Below are positions 19,156-29,854 of a stretch of DNA of 64,000 bases, one piece after another. Where the stretch lies: the IMG/VR virus record IMGVR_UViG_3300013103_000005, positions 1 to 64,000 of that record; one strand, given 5' to 3'. The stretch is from a virus. The notes under the pieces were generated by a model. The model ran no database searches and was not told the origin of the DNA. It worked only from the letters and a program-made list of their open reading frames with translations. Every line of letters begins with the position of its first letter. The first letter of the stretch is position 1. Both the position numbers and the translations under genes were made by a program.

Positions 19156-19431
19156 ATGAAGCTGGTCAGAATTTCTCCAACAATTGAGGAATTAGGTAGG
19201 AAATATATTCAGACGTTTATTGAAGATATCGAAGATGTCCAATGTCAATTAGAAAGAATCATAAAAGATTACAGGATGTGATTAACGATTTGAGAAAAGT
19301 AATCCCCAGATAAGGATTAAGTAAAGGAAATTTATTCTTTATTTTATTCTATAAATGCGGCTAATCAAGAGTATAGGGAACTCTTAAATAAAATCACACA
19401 GAAATTAGATTTTCTTTTAAAAGAATTATGA
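19156..19431 (+). pseudogene. Decayed ORF resembling 18832..19095
   Basis: MKLVRIS... stops at 19281; another frame continues QDVINDLRKVIPR*...LLKEL* (one frameshift plus one stop). Confidence 0.5.
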
Positions 19432-19469
19432 TAACTGTTAAATCCTTAATTTATTGAGGAGGTGAAATT

Positions 19470-20156
19470 ATGGCTTTAGCAACTAGTTATATACACAGAC
19501 ATGGTGTTAGTCCTAACACAAGGACTGTAATATCTTCTAAAAATCGTATATTTGCTTATCCTTCTTCTTCTGAAGAAGGGACCCCTAATGCAGAAATGTT
19601 GCAGTTAGGTGGGATTAGTAGTTTTGCGGTTTCTGATGCAAGAGGAGCTGACCCTGTTAGGGGTATTGGTTATGGAGACCAGATAGCAGAGTTAGTTCCT
19701 AGTGTATCTGACCCAATTTCTTTATCAGTAGAAAAAACTGCTTTTTACTTCCAGAACATTTTTCAAGCATTTGGATATAGGGCAGGTATTGATGGTGCAG
19801 TGAGAGCTATAAAACACCATAGATGGCCTTTTGATATTAAACAAGAAATAGTAATACCAGAGATAATTCTAAGAGAATATCCTGGAGGTGGTGGAGGCGG
19901 ATTACAGCCCGCTACTATATTAACTGCTATAAGCAGGGCAATAGGTGGACAAGCAATAGTTACTTGGTACGAGGCTTGTTGGATTACAAGTTATTCTGTA
20001 ACTTATGCCGCTGATACTGCTATCGTAGCAGAAAGTTGTGATATTATGGTAACAGATGTTTCAGATGGACATACAAGAATAACAGAAATATTCAGGTCTG
20101 GTAATGATATGATATCCAGAGCATTTAGAGGGTTAGAAGCAATACTTGGAATTTAA
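19470..20156 (+). CDS. Tail tube protein
   Basis: Follows the sheath gene; strong SD; tube-like PFDI and YEACWITSYS..Y......V.ES motifs. Confidence 0.75.
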   Translation: MALATSYIHRHGVSPNTRTVISSKNRIFAYPSSSEEGTPNAEMLQLGGISSFAVSDARGADPVRGIGYGDQIAELVPSVSDPISLSVEKTAFYFQNIFQAFGYRAGIDGAVRAIKHHRWPFDIKQEIVIPEIILREYPGGGGGGLQPATILTAISRAIGGQAIVTWYEACWITSYSVTYAADTAIVAESCDIMVTDVSDGHTRITEIFRSGNDMISRAFRGLEAILGI

Positions 20157-20178
20157 TTTATATATTAGGAGATAAATT

Positions 20179-20802
20179 ATGTCTGATATAAATTTGAATT
20201 TGAAGAAATTAGAAAATTTTTTAAATCAAATAATGGGGGAATTTCCTATAAAACTTAATGATGAAATTACTTTATATTTTAGACCTTTATCTATACAAGA
20301 AGAGCAAGAAGCTCATATTGCTGCTTCTCAAAAGCGTAAAGAAGTAGAAGATGAGTTAGCTTATTTTTATCAACTTAAAATAGAAATACTTTCAAGAGCA
20401 TTATCTAAAATAGCAGATTTTTCTATTTCAGAATTAGGAGATAGTGCTTTATCTCATTCAAGAGATTTCTTTAGTAAACTTCCAACTGAAGTAGTTAATT
20501 ATCTTTTTAATACTTGGTCTAAAAATACTAATGATAGATTAAATAATTTTAAAATATCAGAAGAACAAACTGATTTAAACGAAGTAAATACATTGAGAGT
20601 ACCAGAAGACACTAAAGCAGAAACTCAAGAGGACATTAAAGGAGAGGAATTACAAGAAAAACAAGCCCGAATAAAGCAGGGAATGAAAGAACTAAAACAA
20701 AAATATGAAAATAAAGAAGTCAAACCTGTAAATCCCGCTATTTACAAACTCGGGCAACATGGAGACGGTATTTTAGAAAATGAAGAATCAAAAATGGATT
20801 GA
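20179..20802 (+). CDS. Probable tail assembly chaperone
   Basis: FRPLS..E motif; between tube and tape measure. Confidence 0.55.
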   Translation: MSDINLNLKKLENFLNQIMGEFPIKLNDEITLYFRPLSIQEEQEAHIAASQKRKEVEDELAYFYQLKIEILSRALSKIADFSISELGDSALSHSRDFFSKLPTEVVNYLFNTWSKNTNDRLNNFKISEEQTDLNEVNTLRVPEDTKAETQEDIKGEELQEKQARIKQGMKELKQKYENKEVKPVNPAIYKLGQHGDGILENEESKMD

Positions 20803-21670
20803 AGCTTTATTATTTAGGGGATTTTTAGTAGATGTTAAAAAGCTAGGAAATTTAAGAATAGTTTTTAAATCTCTAAATCAACACGAGCATTCTTTAATTC
20901 AAATATTAACATCTACTGAATTAGAGAAATTACTTTATACTTTAGCTTATAGTGTTTTCTTATTTGGTAGCATAAATGTTTTAAAAGGAAATAGGGAAGA
21001 AAATATAGAAACGTTAGTGCAAGTATTTTCAAAATTAAATAAAGACTTAATAACTCGCCTTACAGACCTCTCCTTTATGTCCTACCTTGAGTCTTCTGCA
21101 ATCGAAGATTTATCAGAATATTCTCAAACAGATTCTTCTAAAATAAAATATTTGGAATACAAAGCTACCAATTTACCTTTAAATCATCCTACTCTTACAG
21201 GTATTCCCGGAACAGAGAATTTAGGTTTAAATTTATATCAATCACAATGGTTAGTCTTAATGGAAGCCAGGCTTAAAAGAGAACAACAAGAAGAAATCTA
21301 TGAATGGGTAAAATTTTTAGGTGCTTTTATAAATCCTGAAGCTGTTAAGAAATTAAATCAAATAGATAAACAACAAGAAATATTAGAACAAGATATTGGA
21401 TTTGAAATTGAAGATGAATATTTGTTAAAGAAACCAATTAAAACAACTCAAGATTTAATAGACGAAGTGGAGAAGTCTATTAAAGGTGAGATGGACATAC
21501 ACGATAAAATAATAGCTGAAGCTGAACGTATGTGGATTAAAGAAGAATATGAAAAATACAAAAAGAGGATGGAACAAAGAAAGAAAGAATCTAATCTTGA
21601 ACCTGGAGTATTTGGAGAAAGTAGGGTTATTCATATAAATGATGTTAAGAAGAAAAGTTTAACGCGTTAA
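20780..21670 (+). CDS. Probable second tail assembly chaperone
   Basis: VFKSLN..E motif; position. Confidence 0.45.
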   Translation: MKNQKWIEALLFRGFLVDVKKLGNLRIVFKSLNQHEHSLIQILTSTELEKLLYTLAYSVFLFGSINVLKGNREENIETLVQVFSKLNKDLITRLTDLSFMSYLESSAIEDLSEYSQTDSSKIKYLEYKATNLPLNHPTLTGIPGTENLGLNLYQSQWLVLMEARLKREQQEEIYEWVKFLGAFINPEAVKKLNQIDKQQEILEQDIGFEIEDEYLLKKPIKTTQDLIDEVEKSIKGEMDIHDKIIAEAERMWIKEEYEKYKKRMEQRKKESNLEPGVFGESRVIHINDVKKKSLTR

Positions 21671-21675
21671 ACTTT
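21654..21675. repeat. Palindrome copy 8 (CGCG; 24-bp perfect with flanks)
   Basis: AAAAGTTTAACGCGTTAAACTTTT; contains the stop codon. Confidence 0.95.
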
Positions 21676-21688
21676 TGTGAGGTAGACT

Positions 21689-24220
21689 ATGCCTGATGAA
21701 GAACTAAAACAGACAATAAAATTAGAAGCTGATGTCTCGCCTGCTGAGACTGCGTATGATAAATTCCATAAAAATATGGATAAAGCTCTCCGTGCGTCTT
21801 TTGATTTAGCTTCTAGGTTACCTAAGATAGATAAGGAGCGTCTAGAGACCCTTGATAGAGTCTCTAAAGTAGTGGATAGAATTACAAGGACTATTATCAG
21901 ACAAAAACAAATACCAGAAGAAAATTTAACCGTTTTAAATAGGATTTTAAATAATACCGCTGATGTTAATGAATTACTCCAACAAAGAGATGTAACAATC
22001 AGAGAACTGCAATCTAAAGTAGAGAATTTAAATAAACAATTGGAAAATCGAAGAAAAATTGAAAAGAAGATAAGTAAAGAAACAGAAGAATCTATTAACT
22101 TATCTGAAAGAGAAAAAGAAATAGCTAAAGAAATAGAACGAATTCACGAAGACTTAAAGAAAAGACAAATTTCTTTAGTTGAAATACGAAAGAAAGGAAA
22201 GGAAGCTTATGAAGAAGCTCTTAAAGTAGCTTTAAAACAAGGTAAATCAGAAGAAGAAGCAAAGCAAATAGCAAAAGCACGTTCTAAAGAAGTTGTGGAA
22301 GGACTTAAGAAAGAAAAAGGCGAATCTAAAGTTTTGGGTAAAATATTAAGTGAGATTACTGATTTATTAGGTAGATTTGCAATTCCAGTCGCCGCTTTAG
22401 CTTCCTTTACCGGCGCTGTAGCTTTATTGGTAGATGCAGAAGGCAAAGCAAGACAATTGAGGGGAACTTTAATGGATATATCTGGAATAATAGGAAAATT
22501 GAACTTAGCTTTTGATGTTACAGGCGGGGCATCTCAAGATTTATCTAAAACAATAGATACCTTAGTTAGATTAGGCGATGAATATAACTTAACTTTAGAC
22601 GAAGTTACCTCAACCCTCAAGAATATGGCAGAAATAGGGGTAGATGTAAGTAAAGACTTTACAGGAGCAATTAAAGAAAGCGGAGAAATGGCTATTCTTT
22701 TAGGAAGGGATATTCAGTCGGCTGCTTCCTTTCTAGCTGAAGGTGTGGAAGAATTAGGAATACAAAGCAAAACTTTAGTGGATACTTTTGCAGATTTATA
22801 TGACGAAATGATTATGTCAGGGATGGGGGCAAGTAGATTTTCTTCTTTAATTATGAATAGTGCCCAATCATTAGCTTTCTTAGGCGGACAAATGAAAGAG
22901 ACCGCTAATTTAATTGCATTGTTAGGAGAAGGAGCTGGTTGGTCTTCTAAGATGACAGAAAGAGCTTTCGAAGATTTAAGAAGCGCAGGAGAGAATTTAA
23001 GCGATAATTTAATTTACATCGCATTACAATCAGAAAGTACTAGAAAAATATTAGCTGATTTTATTTCCGACCAGATAAGGAAGTCAACTCAATTAGGAAA
23101 ATTGTGGAGAGAAATTTTCCAGACTGCAGATGTAGAAAGAATAAGAAAATCGTTAGAAAGATTAACCCCGTTTGATTTAAAAGCAATTATATCAGAACTT
23201 CCAGGAGAACAAAAATTATTTACCGTTTTAGGAGCGATACAGGATAATTTACTTGGGATTAGGGATATAACTAAAATATCAGGGGTACAAAGAGAATTAC
23301 TTAAATCATTATTAAATTTTAGTGATAAACAATTAACCCAATTTCAAATTATTTATAAAAGATTAGAAGATAGGTTACACGGTATAGCGACCCCATTGGA
23401 ATTTTTAACCGCGACTGGGGAAAAACAGAAAGAATATCTTGAACGTGTTAGAAAGCAGATAGGAGAAACGGCAGCTCAGAATTTAGAACAATTAAGGAAA
23501 AATTTAGACGAAATGTTTAAAACTCGTACAAGACAAGAATCGTTATTCGAGAGGGTACAAAAATGGATTGAAAGGAAATCTCTACAATTAGGAAATCATC
23601 TCCTAGAAATAGAAAGTTGGCTAGAAAAGATGACAAACCTAATGTCTTGGAAATGGTTTGGGAAAGTGATTTCCCCGAGGGGATTAGGAATCATAGAATT
23701 TATAGAGGAAACTAAAAAGGCGAGGGAATCTTCAGAAAGAGTTAAAAAACTTCAAGAATCTCAACTTTATTTTTTGAAAAAGCAAGTTAAAGATTTAGGA
23801 GGCCTTGGTGAAAGCATTCGTGTTTATGCCGAACAGGGAGAAACAACATCTAAAAAACTTTATAGATATCAAAAAGAAATAAGCAGATGGATTTCTGATT
23901 ATATTAAGTTATTAAAAAAGCAAGGAATTAAACCTAAAGATTTAGAATCCCTTGCAGAAACTATTAGGCGTGAAGGTGGGACGAGGGCAGATTATCTAGA
24001 AGCTCTCATAAAATTATCTAATAAAGAAATAAAACAGACCGAGGAATTAGGAAGGAAAGAAGCGTATATTACAATAAATATTCAAGGCAGATTAGAACCC
24101 GAACAAAGAATAAAATTGGAAACTTCATTAACAAGAGCTATTCAAAGAGGTTTTGAAACTCAAGCTGTTAGAAAAGAAGTTTATAATATTCAAACTGCTT
24201 CCACTTTTAAAGGTAGATAA
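21689..24220 (+). CDS. Tape measure protein
   Basis: Long helical/coiled-coil protein with a hydrophobic segment, after the chaperones. Confidence 0.7.
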   Translation: MPDEELKQTIKLEADVSPAETAYDKFHKNMDKALRASFDLASRLPKIDKERLETLDRVSKVVDRITRTIIRQKQIPEENLTVLNRILNNTADVNELLQQRDVTIRELQSKVENLNKQLENRRKIEKKISKETEESINLSEREKEIAKEIERIHEDLKKRQISLVEIRKKGKEAYEEALKVALKQGKSEEEAKQIAKARSKEVVEGLKKEKGESKVLGKILSEITDLLGRFAIPVAALASFTGAVALLVDAEGKARQLRGTLMDISGIIGKLNLAFDVTGGASQDLSKTIDTLVRLGDEYNLTLDEVTSTLKNMAEIGVDVSKDFTGAIKESGEMAILLGRDIQSAASFLAEGVEELGIQSKTLVDTFADLYDEMIMSGMGASRFSSLIMNSAQSLAFLGGQMKETANLIALLGEGAGWSSKMTERAFEDLRSAGENLSDNLIYIALQSESTRKILADFISDQIRKSTQLGKLWREIFQTADVERIRKSLERLTPFDLKAIISELPGEQKLFTVLGAIQDNLLGIRDITKISGVQRELLKSLLNFSDKQLTQFQIIYKRLEDRLHGIATPLEFLTATGEKQKEYLERVRKQIGETAAQNLEQLRKNLDEMFKTRTRQESLFERVQKWIERKSLQLGNHLLEIESWLEKMTNLMSWKWFGKVISPRGLGIIEFIEETKKARESSERVKKLQESQLYFLKKQVKDLGGLGESIRVYAEQGETTSKKLYRYQKEISRWISDYIKLLKKQGIKPKDLESLAETIRREGGTRADYLEALIKLSNKEIKQTEELGRKEAYITINIQGRLEPEQRIKLETSLTRAIQRGFETQAVRKEVYNIQTASTFKGR

Positions 24221-24222
24221 TT

Positions 24223-24918
24223 ATGAATTTTAAAAACATAGCTTCAATTTCAACTGCCGCTTTTATGGTAGGCCAGGGCATAAGAGCCCTAAAAGCAAGA
24301 GAACAATATGAAGATTCTTTAGTAACAGATTCTAAAGTTCCTTTTTATATTAGGTATAGATTACCTCAAGGGTTTGATAAACAATCTTTAGAAAAATTGA
24401 ATTTAAGAAATTTATTTGATGATACTGGTGATGTAGAAATTGAACTAGAGATTAATCCTTCTTCATTAGAAATTTCTTGTACTCCTTTAATAAACACAAC
24501 TCAAACAGATGGTGGTTGGGTTGAGGAATATTGGGGAGAACAAGCAGACACTATTTCTGCTTCTGGAAGAAGCCCTGTGGGTATAATTACAGGGACAGAA
24601 GAAGCAAATAAGCATATAAGAACTAAAAACAATGTAGAACTAATTCAAAGAACAGATGAAAGGATAAGGTCTAAATACTATCAAATGATTTTAAAATTAG
24701 AACATATATTTGCTAATCAAGGTTTTATTTATGATGAATATGGGGAATTGATAGCAGAAGGAATTACTGAAATTCAATTTGGAGATTTCTTATACAGAGG
24801 AATATTTATTTCATTTAGTATAACAGAAACTGCTGAAAGTCCTTTTATCTGGGATTATTCTTTTGATTTTAAAGTAAACAAAGATAATATTCTTAATGTT
24901 AGAGGTGTGTTTAGATAA
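24223..24918 (+). CDS. Baseplate/tube-initiator protein
   Basis: INPSSL, QT.GGWVEEYWG and G.F.SFSITE.AESPF.W.YSF.F motifs. Confidence 0.6.
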   Translation: MNFKNIASISTAAFMVGQGIRALKAREQYEDSLVTDSKVPFYIRYRLPQGFDKQSLEKLNLRNLFDDTGDVEIELEINPSSLEISCTPLINTTQTDGGWVEEYWGEQADTISASGRSPVGIITGTEEANKHIRTKNNVELIQRTDERIRSKYYQMILKLEHIFANQGFIYDEYGELIAEGITEIQFGDFLYRGIFISFSITETAESPFIWDYSFDFKVNKDNILNVRGVFR

Positions 24919-25598
24919 TGTTAACAAAAAGACAAACTCATAGATACGATGTTAGGAGATTTGGTACTACAATTTCTAAATCAAAAGTTGAAAGAAAAGA
25001 AACTAGAAAAGGTATTGTTTTAGAAACTAAAAAAGACCTAAAACAACCTTCTGAAAAAGTAAATTATTATTTTAGCCCAATGACTTTTAGAAATACTTTA
25101 CCAGAAACAGACCCTAATTTACCTTTAAACGAAGTTACATTATACGTAAACCCAATCGAGAGAACAGAAAATATAGATTTTTTATTTACTGAAAATAGAA
25201 CTTCTACTGGTATTAAAGATTCTGTTTGGGGAGTAGGAAGACCTGTATGGAATTTTAATGGAGTAGTAGGAGGATTTCTACACCCTGAATACGGTTTAGT
25301 TTGGACAATGGAGAAATTAAAGAAATCTCCTGCTTGGAATTTATTTATAGATTTTTTAGATTTCTATAGATTTAATGGAAAATTCAATTATCCTTCAAAC
25401 AAAAATCCAATAGCTAGTAAAATCTTATTTAACAAAACTTCCCCAATATTATTTATAGTTCCTATTGAAATCGAATATGCTGAATTTAAAGTGTTTGGAA
25501 ACTTTAATGATTTTAGGTATTCCTTTAATTCAGAATCTCCTTTTACTGTAAGTATTTCATTTTCTTTTAACATAGAACGCAAAGAGAAAATTTTATGA
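24918..25598 (+). CDS. Baseplate/tube-initiator paralog
   Basis: LYVNP...WG...G.F..F......ESPF....SFSF, paralogous to the previous gene. Confidence 0.55.
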   Translation: MLTKRQTHRYDVRRFGTTISKSKVERKETRKGIVLETKKDLKQPSEKVNYYFSPMTFRNTLPETDPNLPLNEVTLYVNPIERTENIDFLFTENRTSTGIKDSVWGVGRPVWNFNGVVGGFLHPEYGLVWTMEKLKKSPAWNLFIDFLDFYRFNGKFNYPSNKNPIASKILFNKTSPILFIVPIEIEYAEFKVFGNFNDFRYSFNSESPFTVSISFSFNIERKEKIL

Positions 25599-25620
25599 AA
25601 AGTTTAACGCGTTAAACTTT
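25599..25620. repeat. Palindrome copy 9 (CGCG)
   Basis: Direct read. Confidence 0.95.
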
Positions 25621-25633
25621 TCGAGGAGAAGCT

Positions 25634-28021
25634 ATGTTAACAACAAAACAAATAAAGAGATACGATGTTAGAAATATAGGAACAGTTTTACCTAAACCTG
25701 AATCTAATGGTAAAGTAAAAACTAAAAGTATTGTCAAAGAAATAGAAGAACAAAAAGTATATTCTTCAACCCCACCTTTCCCTAAATATAAGAGGGTCAA
25801 ACGCATTGCTCCAGACGCAAGAATAAGAATAAATCAAAGTTTTGAAGTAAGATATTGCCCAAATTGCCCTTGCACCACCACCGCTGATGTAAACTTAATG
25901 AGTTTTACTACAAATTTAAATATCAATTCAGTTCCCGGTACCGCTAGTTTGACCTTTGTAGTAGATAAAAATCAAAGACATAGATATTTTATAGGCGATG
26001 AGACTATTTTTAAAGAGATGGATGAAATTGAGATTTTAGTTAAAAGCAATTTTACAGAAGGGGATAATTTACCTCAATACGATAAATATTATACAGTCTT
26101 CAAAGGTATTATTACAGGAATAGGGGTAGATGAAAGTGCGGGCGTTTTGACCATTTCAATAGATTGTGCTGATATTTTAAGGTTATGGGAATTAACCAGA
26201 CTTAATTTACACCCCGGGGTAGATACTTTATTTTATACTACTAATAAACAAGATATTCTAAACAGAATGAATATAGCGTTAAAGCAAGATATATTTCAAT
26301 TTTTAGTTACTTTAATGTCTTACCAATTTATTGATTGGATAGTCCCTGCTAATCTAGTAAATACTGTTTACGGAATTGGAATAAATGAACCTATAGAAAC
26401 AAAAAGATTATTTCACGAATGGCAATCTTATTGGAGAAAAAGGTTAACAAAAACTGCCAATATGTTATTGATTTTAGATTATCAAGGCGGAGCTATAAAT
26501 ATTCAAGCGGGAAAGCAAATAAATTTATCAGAATTTCAAAAGCAGGGTTTAATTAGTTTTGGAGATTTTGGCATTACAGATGATTTCAGACCCTTAATTC
26601 AAGAAGCTTTACAAGGCGGTATTTCTTTACAATCAGAATTTAAAACTTATTTAGAAATAGCTAATCAATTAAAAGAATATTTACATTGGGAATTTTATAT
26701 GGATAGTACTGGGGATTTAGTTTTTAAGCCTCCGTTTTATAATTTAGATACAAGACCTTGTAAGATTTATAACATCGACGATATTGATATTGTAAGCAAA
26801 TCGTTAGGGTGGAATGAGTCTCAAGTAATTACTTCTGTAAATGTCAGAGGTTCAATCCACGAATTGTTAGCGGGTGGAAGCGAACAACCCGAAGCTTTAT
26901 ATATAGATTATAACTTAACTAAAAGATATGGATTAAGACAGATGATAGATTACGATATTCCTTATATCAGAAATAAAGACCTTGCTTTCGGTTATGCTAT
27001 AATGGAATTAGACAGATTAAATACATTAAGAAGAGAAGGTTCAATTACGATAATAGGAAGGCCTGAATTAAGATTGGGATTTCCTATTTATGTTAAGAGT
27101 TTAGATACCTTTTATTATATAACAGGTATCAGCCATAATTTTACTTTTGGTGGTACTTATACGACCACAATTTCTTATATAGGAGCTAGGAGCAAATATA
27201 AACCTTTAACTAATGTTCCTGTTAGGATTAATGGTGTTTATAAGAACGTTTATTTAGAATGGGAGAAATATCCTACAGAATTAGAAACTACAAAAGAATT
27301 AGAATCTAAAATTTTACCCGACGCTCAATCAGAAAGAAATTTAAATGCCTCTGAATCACAAGGGTATTTTATCACTACTAAAACAAAAGAAGCAAAAATT
27401 AAACCTAAAAAGACACAAGATTTTAGGAACAAATTATTAGAGAATAGTCCAAATATCATCGATGTAGAATTTTATAGGAATAAAAAACAGATAGAAGAAG
27501 AAAAATCTAAAGCAACAGAAAACACTGCTAAATCAATAAAAATAGGAGAATGGGTGGAGAAGCAATCCAATATTAAAGTTTGGGACTTAATGACTGGAAA
27601 TTATCTTGAAAATCTTAAAACGCTTAAACCTGTTTCAGATGAAGAAGGGTATGAAATTGTAGGCAGTTTTCCTTATGGAAATTTAAATTACATAGATGAA
27701 GAAGGCAAAATATTAAGAAAGTCTTCTTTGACAATAACAAATAAAATTCAAAAAGCTTCTTTAAAAGCTAGTAATATGACTCCTACAAAAGGTAATAAAC
27801 TTTCCAAAACTGAAACAGGAGATAAACGACATATAAGAACCAAAGATTTAAGAGAAGCTTTTAGTATAGTAGGGAGGTCCTATAAAGCTAGTGAAATGAG
27901 ACCTCAAGTAGAAACTTTAAATACTATTTGTGATTGTGATTGTCATAAAGTGAATTATAGGGAAGGCAGAAATTTGAGGATAGCTGAGGACAAAATAAAT
28001 TTAAATACAAATCTTGCCTAA
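25634..28021 (+). CDS. Baseplate hub protein
   Basis: EFYMD..GDLVFKPPFY, YGLR and GRPELRLG.P......FYYITGISH.F motifs. Confidence 0.7.
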   Translation: MLTTKQIKRYDVRNIGTVLPKPESNGKVKTKSIVKEIEEQKVYSSTPPFPKYKRVKRIAPDARIRINQSFEVRYCPNCPCTTTADVNLMSFTTNLNINSVPGTASLTFVVDKNQRHRYFIGDETIFKEMDEIEILVKSNFTEGDNLPQYDKYYTVFKGIITGIGVDESAGVLTISIDCADILRLWELTRLNLHPGVDTLFYTTNKQDILNRMNIALKQDIFQFLVTLMSYQFIDWIVPANLVNTVYGIGINEPIETKRLFHEWQSYWRKRLTKTANMLLILDYQGGAINIQAGKQINLSEFQKQGLISFGDFGITDDFRPLIQEALQGGISLQSEFKTYLEIANQLKEYLHWEFYMDSTGDLVFKPPFYNLDTRPCKIYNIDDIDIVSKSLGWNESQVITSVNVRGSIHELLAGGSEQPEALYIDYNLTKRYGLRQMIDYDIPYIRNKDLAFGYAIMELDRLNTLRREGSITIIGRPELRLGFPIYVKSLDTFYYITGISHNFTFGGTYTTTISYIGARSKYKPLTNVPVRINGVYKNVYLEWEKYPTELETTKELESKILPDAQSERNLNASESQGYFITTKTKEAKIKPKKTQDFRNKLLENSPNIIDVEFYRNKKQIEEEKSKATENTAKSIKIGEWVEKQSNIKVWDLMTGNYLENLKTLKPVSDEEGYEIVGSFPYGNLNYIDEEGKILRKSSLTITNKIQKASLKASNMTPTKGNKLSKTETGDKRHIRTKDLREAFSIVGRSYKASEMRPQVETLNTICDCDCHKVNYREGRNLRIAEDKINLNTNLA

Positions 28022-28041
28022 AGTTTAACGCATTAAACTTT
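28020..28041. repeat. Palindrome copy 10 (CGCA)
   Basis: Direct read; followed by a separate AT-rich hairpin at 28044-28078. Confidence 0.95.
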
Positions 28042-28169
28042 CCTATAACGAAAAATAATACACTTATTTTTCGTTGTAAATAAAGGAAGGTATATGGGTA
28101 TTATCCTAGCTAAAACTTTGAAGGATTGGGTCGGTTCTGCTCGTTGACGGAAGTAATTTGAGGTGGTTT

Positions 28170-29540
28170 ATGATTAAAAGAGAACTAGGTATAAGGGAAG
28201 AACCTTTCTTTGGAAAAGCTTATAAAACAAATTTCCTAGAATTGGGAAGAATAGCGTTTGTAGATTATGAAAGAAATAAATGTTCTGTACTTACTTTTTC
28301 TGGTGCTTTTTATAACGAAGTTAGATGGACTTCTGATAAAAGTACTCGTTCGGGGAGTAAAAGAGTTCCTGAACTAGGGGATATTGTTTTATTAGGGAGA
28401 TTACCTCAAACAGAACATTGGTCTCAACCTATTATAATTGGATTTTTAGAATGGGGATTTGAACCTGCTAAAAAGTTTAACGCGTTAAACTCTCAAGTTG
28501 TAGACTTATACCCATTAAGATTGAAAACAAGAAAATTATACGAAGGTGAATGGTATGCTAGCAGTACTCAAGGTTCAGATATTGTTTTAGACGAAAATAT
28601 ATGGTTCTCCACTTCTAATGGAAATGAAATTTATATAAGAAAAGAAGACGGGCTTATAGCTCATATTTGTTTATCTCAAATAATACAAACAGAAGCAGGA
28701 ATTATTAGAAATGGTTTAGTATTTAGGGATGAATTAACAGATATTACAAAAGCAATGATATTAAAAGATGGGCATAAATGGTATGTAATTACTAAAGATG
28801 GTTTTACGAATAAATTAAGCGAAGGTGGAATTCCTTTTGTAGAATATAGACACGAATTACCAGAATTTGGAGATGGTATTATTGATGTTACTGAATTCAA
28901 TTCAAATGTAAATATAGATAGGATTGACCCTTTGATTGAGTATGTTAGAGGAACAGTAATAGGAAATAATCCTTTAGATACTAATCTTTATGGGAAAGTT
29001 ATTAAATATGTCTTATTTAATAACTGGATAGATACTTCTGCGATTAATCAAGAACAATCTTGTAGTTCTTCAGAAGAAACTACAAAAGCATCTTGCTTTA
29101 GAATTAAGTTTAAATCGAATACTAGAAGAGAAATAACAAAACAAGGTAAAGTATTAGAATATATTTCAAAAGACGATAATAATATTTCTGAAGAAAGATA
29201 TTTAGAAGGTGCTAAAAAAGAAGTTATAGGTAAAGAGAATTCTAAAAACGAAAGTATAAGACAAGATTTAGCAGGTGGTATTCATTTAACTATTGGAAAG
29301 GATATAAATGGGAATGCTAGGGTAGAAATATTAAATGGCGGGGCAAAGATAACTATAACCCAGGCTAATAATAATGGTTATGGTTTAGAAGCTTCTATCC
29401 AAGGAAATGTCAAAGTAGATATTCAAGGAAATGCAGATCTAAATGTTTCTGGAAATACAAATTTAATTACTGGTGGGAATACTAGTATTCAATCTAGTGG
29501 AATAGTAACTATACGGGGTTCTTTAGTTCAAATAAATTAA
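28170..29540 (+). CDS. Baseplate central spike (gp5/gpV-like)
   Basis: OB-fold-like N-terminus (GRI..VD..R, PELGD.VL) and beta-helix C-terminus ending G..VQIN. ATG 28170 follows GAGG. Confidence 0.75.
   Translation: MIKRELGIREEPFFGKAYKTNFLELGRIAFVDYERNKCSVLTFSGAFYNEVRWTSDKSTRSGSKRVPELGDIVLLGRLPQTEHWSQPIIIGFLEWGFEPAKKFNALNSQVVDLYPLRLKTRKLYEGEWYASSTQGSDIVLDENIWFSTSNGNEIYIRKEDGLIAHICLSQIIQTEAGIIRNGLVFRDELTDITKAMILKDGHKWYVITKDGFTNKLSEGGIPFVEYRHELPEFGDGIIDVTEFNSNVNIDRIDPLIEYVRGTVIGNNPLDTNLYGKVIKYVLFNNWIDTSAINQEQSCSSSEETTKASCFRIKFKSNTRREITKQGKVLEYISKDDNNISEERYLEGAKKEVIGKENSKNESIRQDLAGGIHLTIGKDINGNARVEILNGGAKITITQANNNGYGLEASIQGNVKVDIQGNADLNVSGNTNLITGGNTSIQSSGIVTIRGSLVQIN
28472..28493. repeat. Palindrome copy 11 (CGCG), inside the spike gene
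   Basis: AAAGTTTAACGCGTTAAACTCT, read as KFNALNS. Confidence 0.9.
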
Positions 29541-29541
29541 A

Positions 29542-29814
29542 ATGGCGCTTAATGTAGCTTTACTCGGAAGTTCTAGCAATCACGGCGGAAGCATTATTTC
29601 AGGAACCTCTGTAACCACATTAGCGAATAATACCTCTATCGCTATGATAGGTTCTTTACATAATTGCCCTAGAGAAGGGCACGGAATAACCCCTATCGTT
29701 AGTTCTATGGCTTCTATTAGTTTTGCAGAAGGGAGTCTTATAGCAACTGTAGGAAGTATTTGTGGTTGTGGAGCAGTTATAATTACAGGTTCTTCTAATG
29801 TTCTAGCCGGTTGA
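29542..29814 (+). CDS. PAAR-repeat spike tip protein
   Basis: HGG.I.SG, H.CP..GHG, CGCGA.I..GS.NV. Confidence 0.85.
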   Translation: MALNVALLGSSSNHGGSIISGTSVTTLANNTSIAMIGSLHNCPREGHGITPIVSSMASISFAEGSLIATVGSICGCGAVIITGSSNVLAG

Positions 29815-29836
29815 AAAGTTTAACGCGTTAAACTTA
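29815..29836. repeat. Palindrome copy 12 (CGCG)
   Basis: Direct read. Confidence 0.95.
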
Positions 29837-29854
29837 TTTAAGGAGATTTAGATT

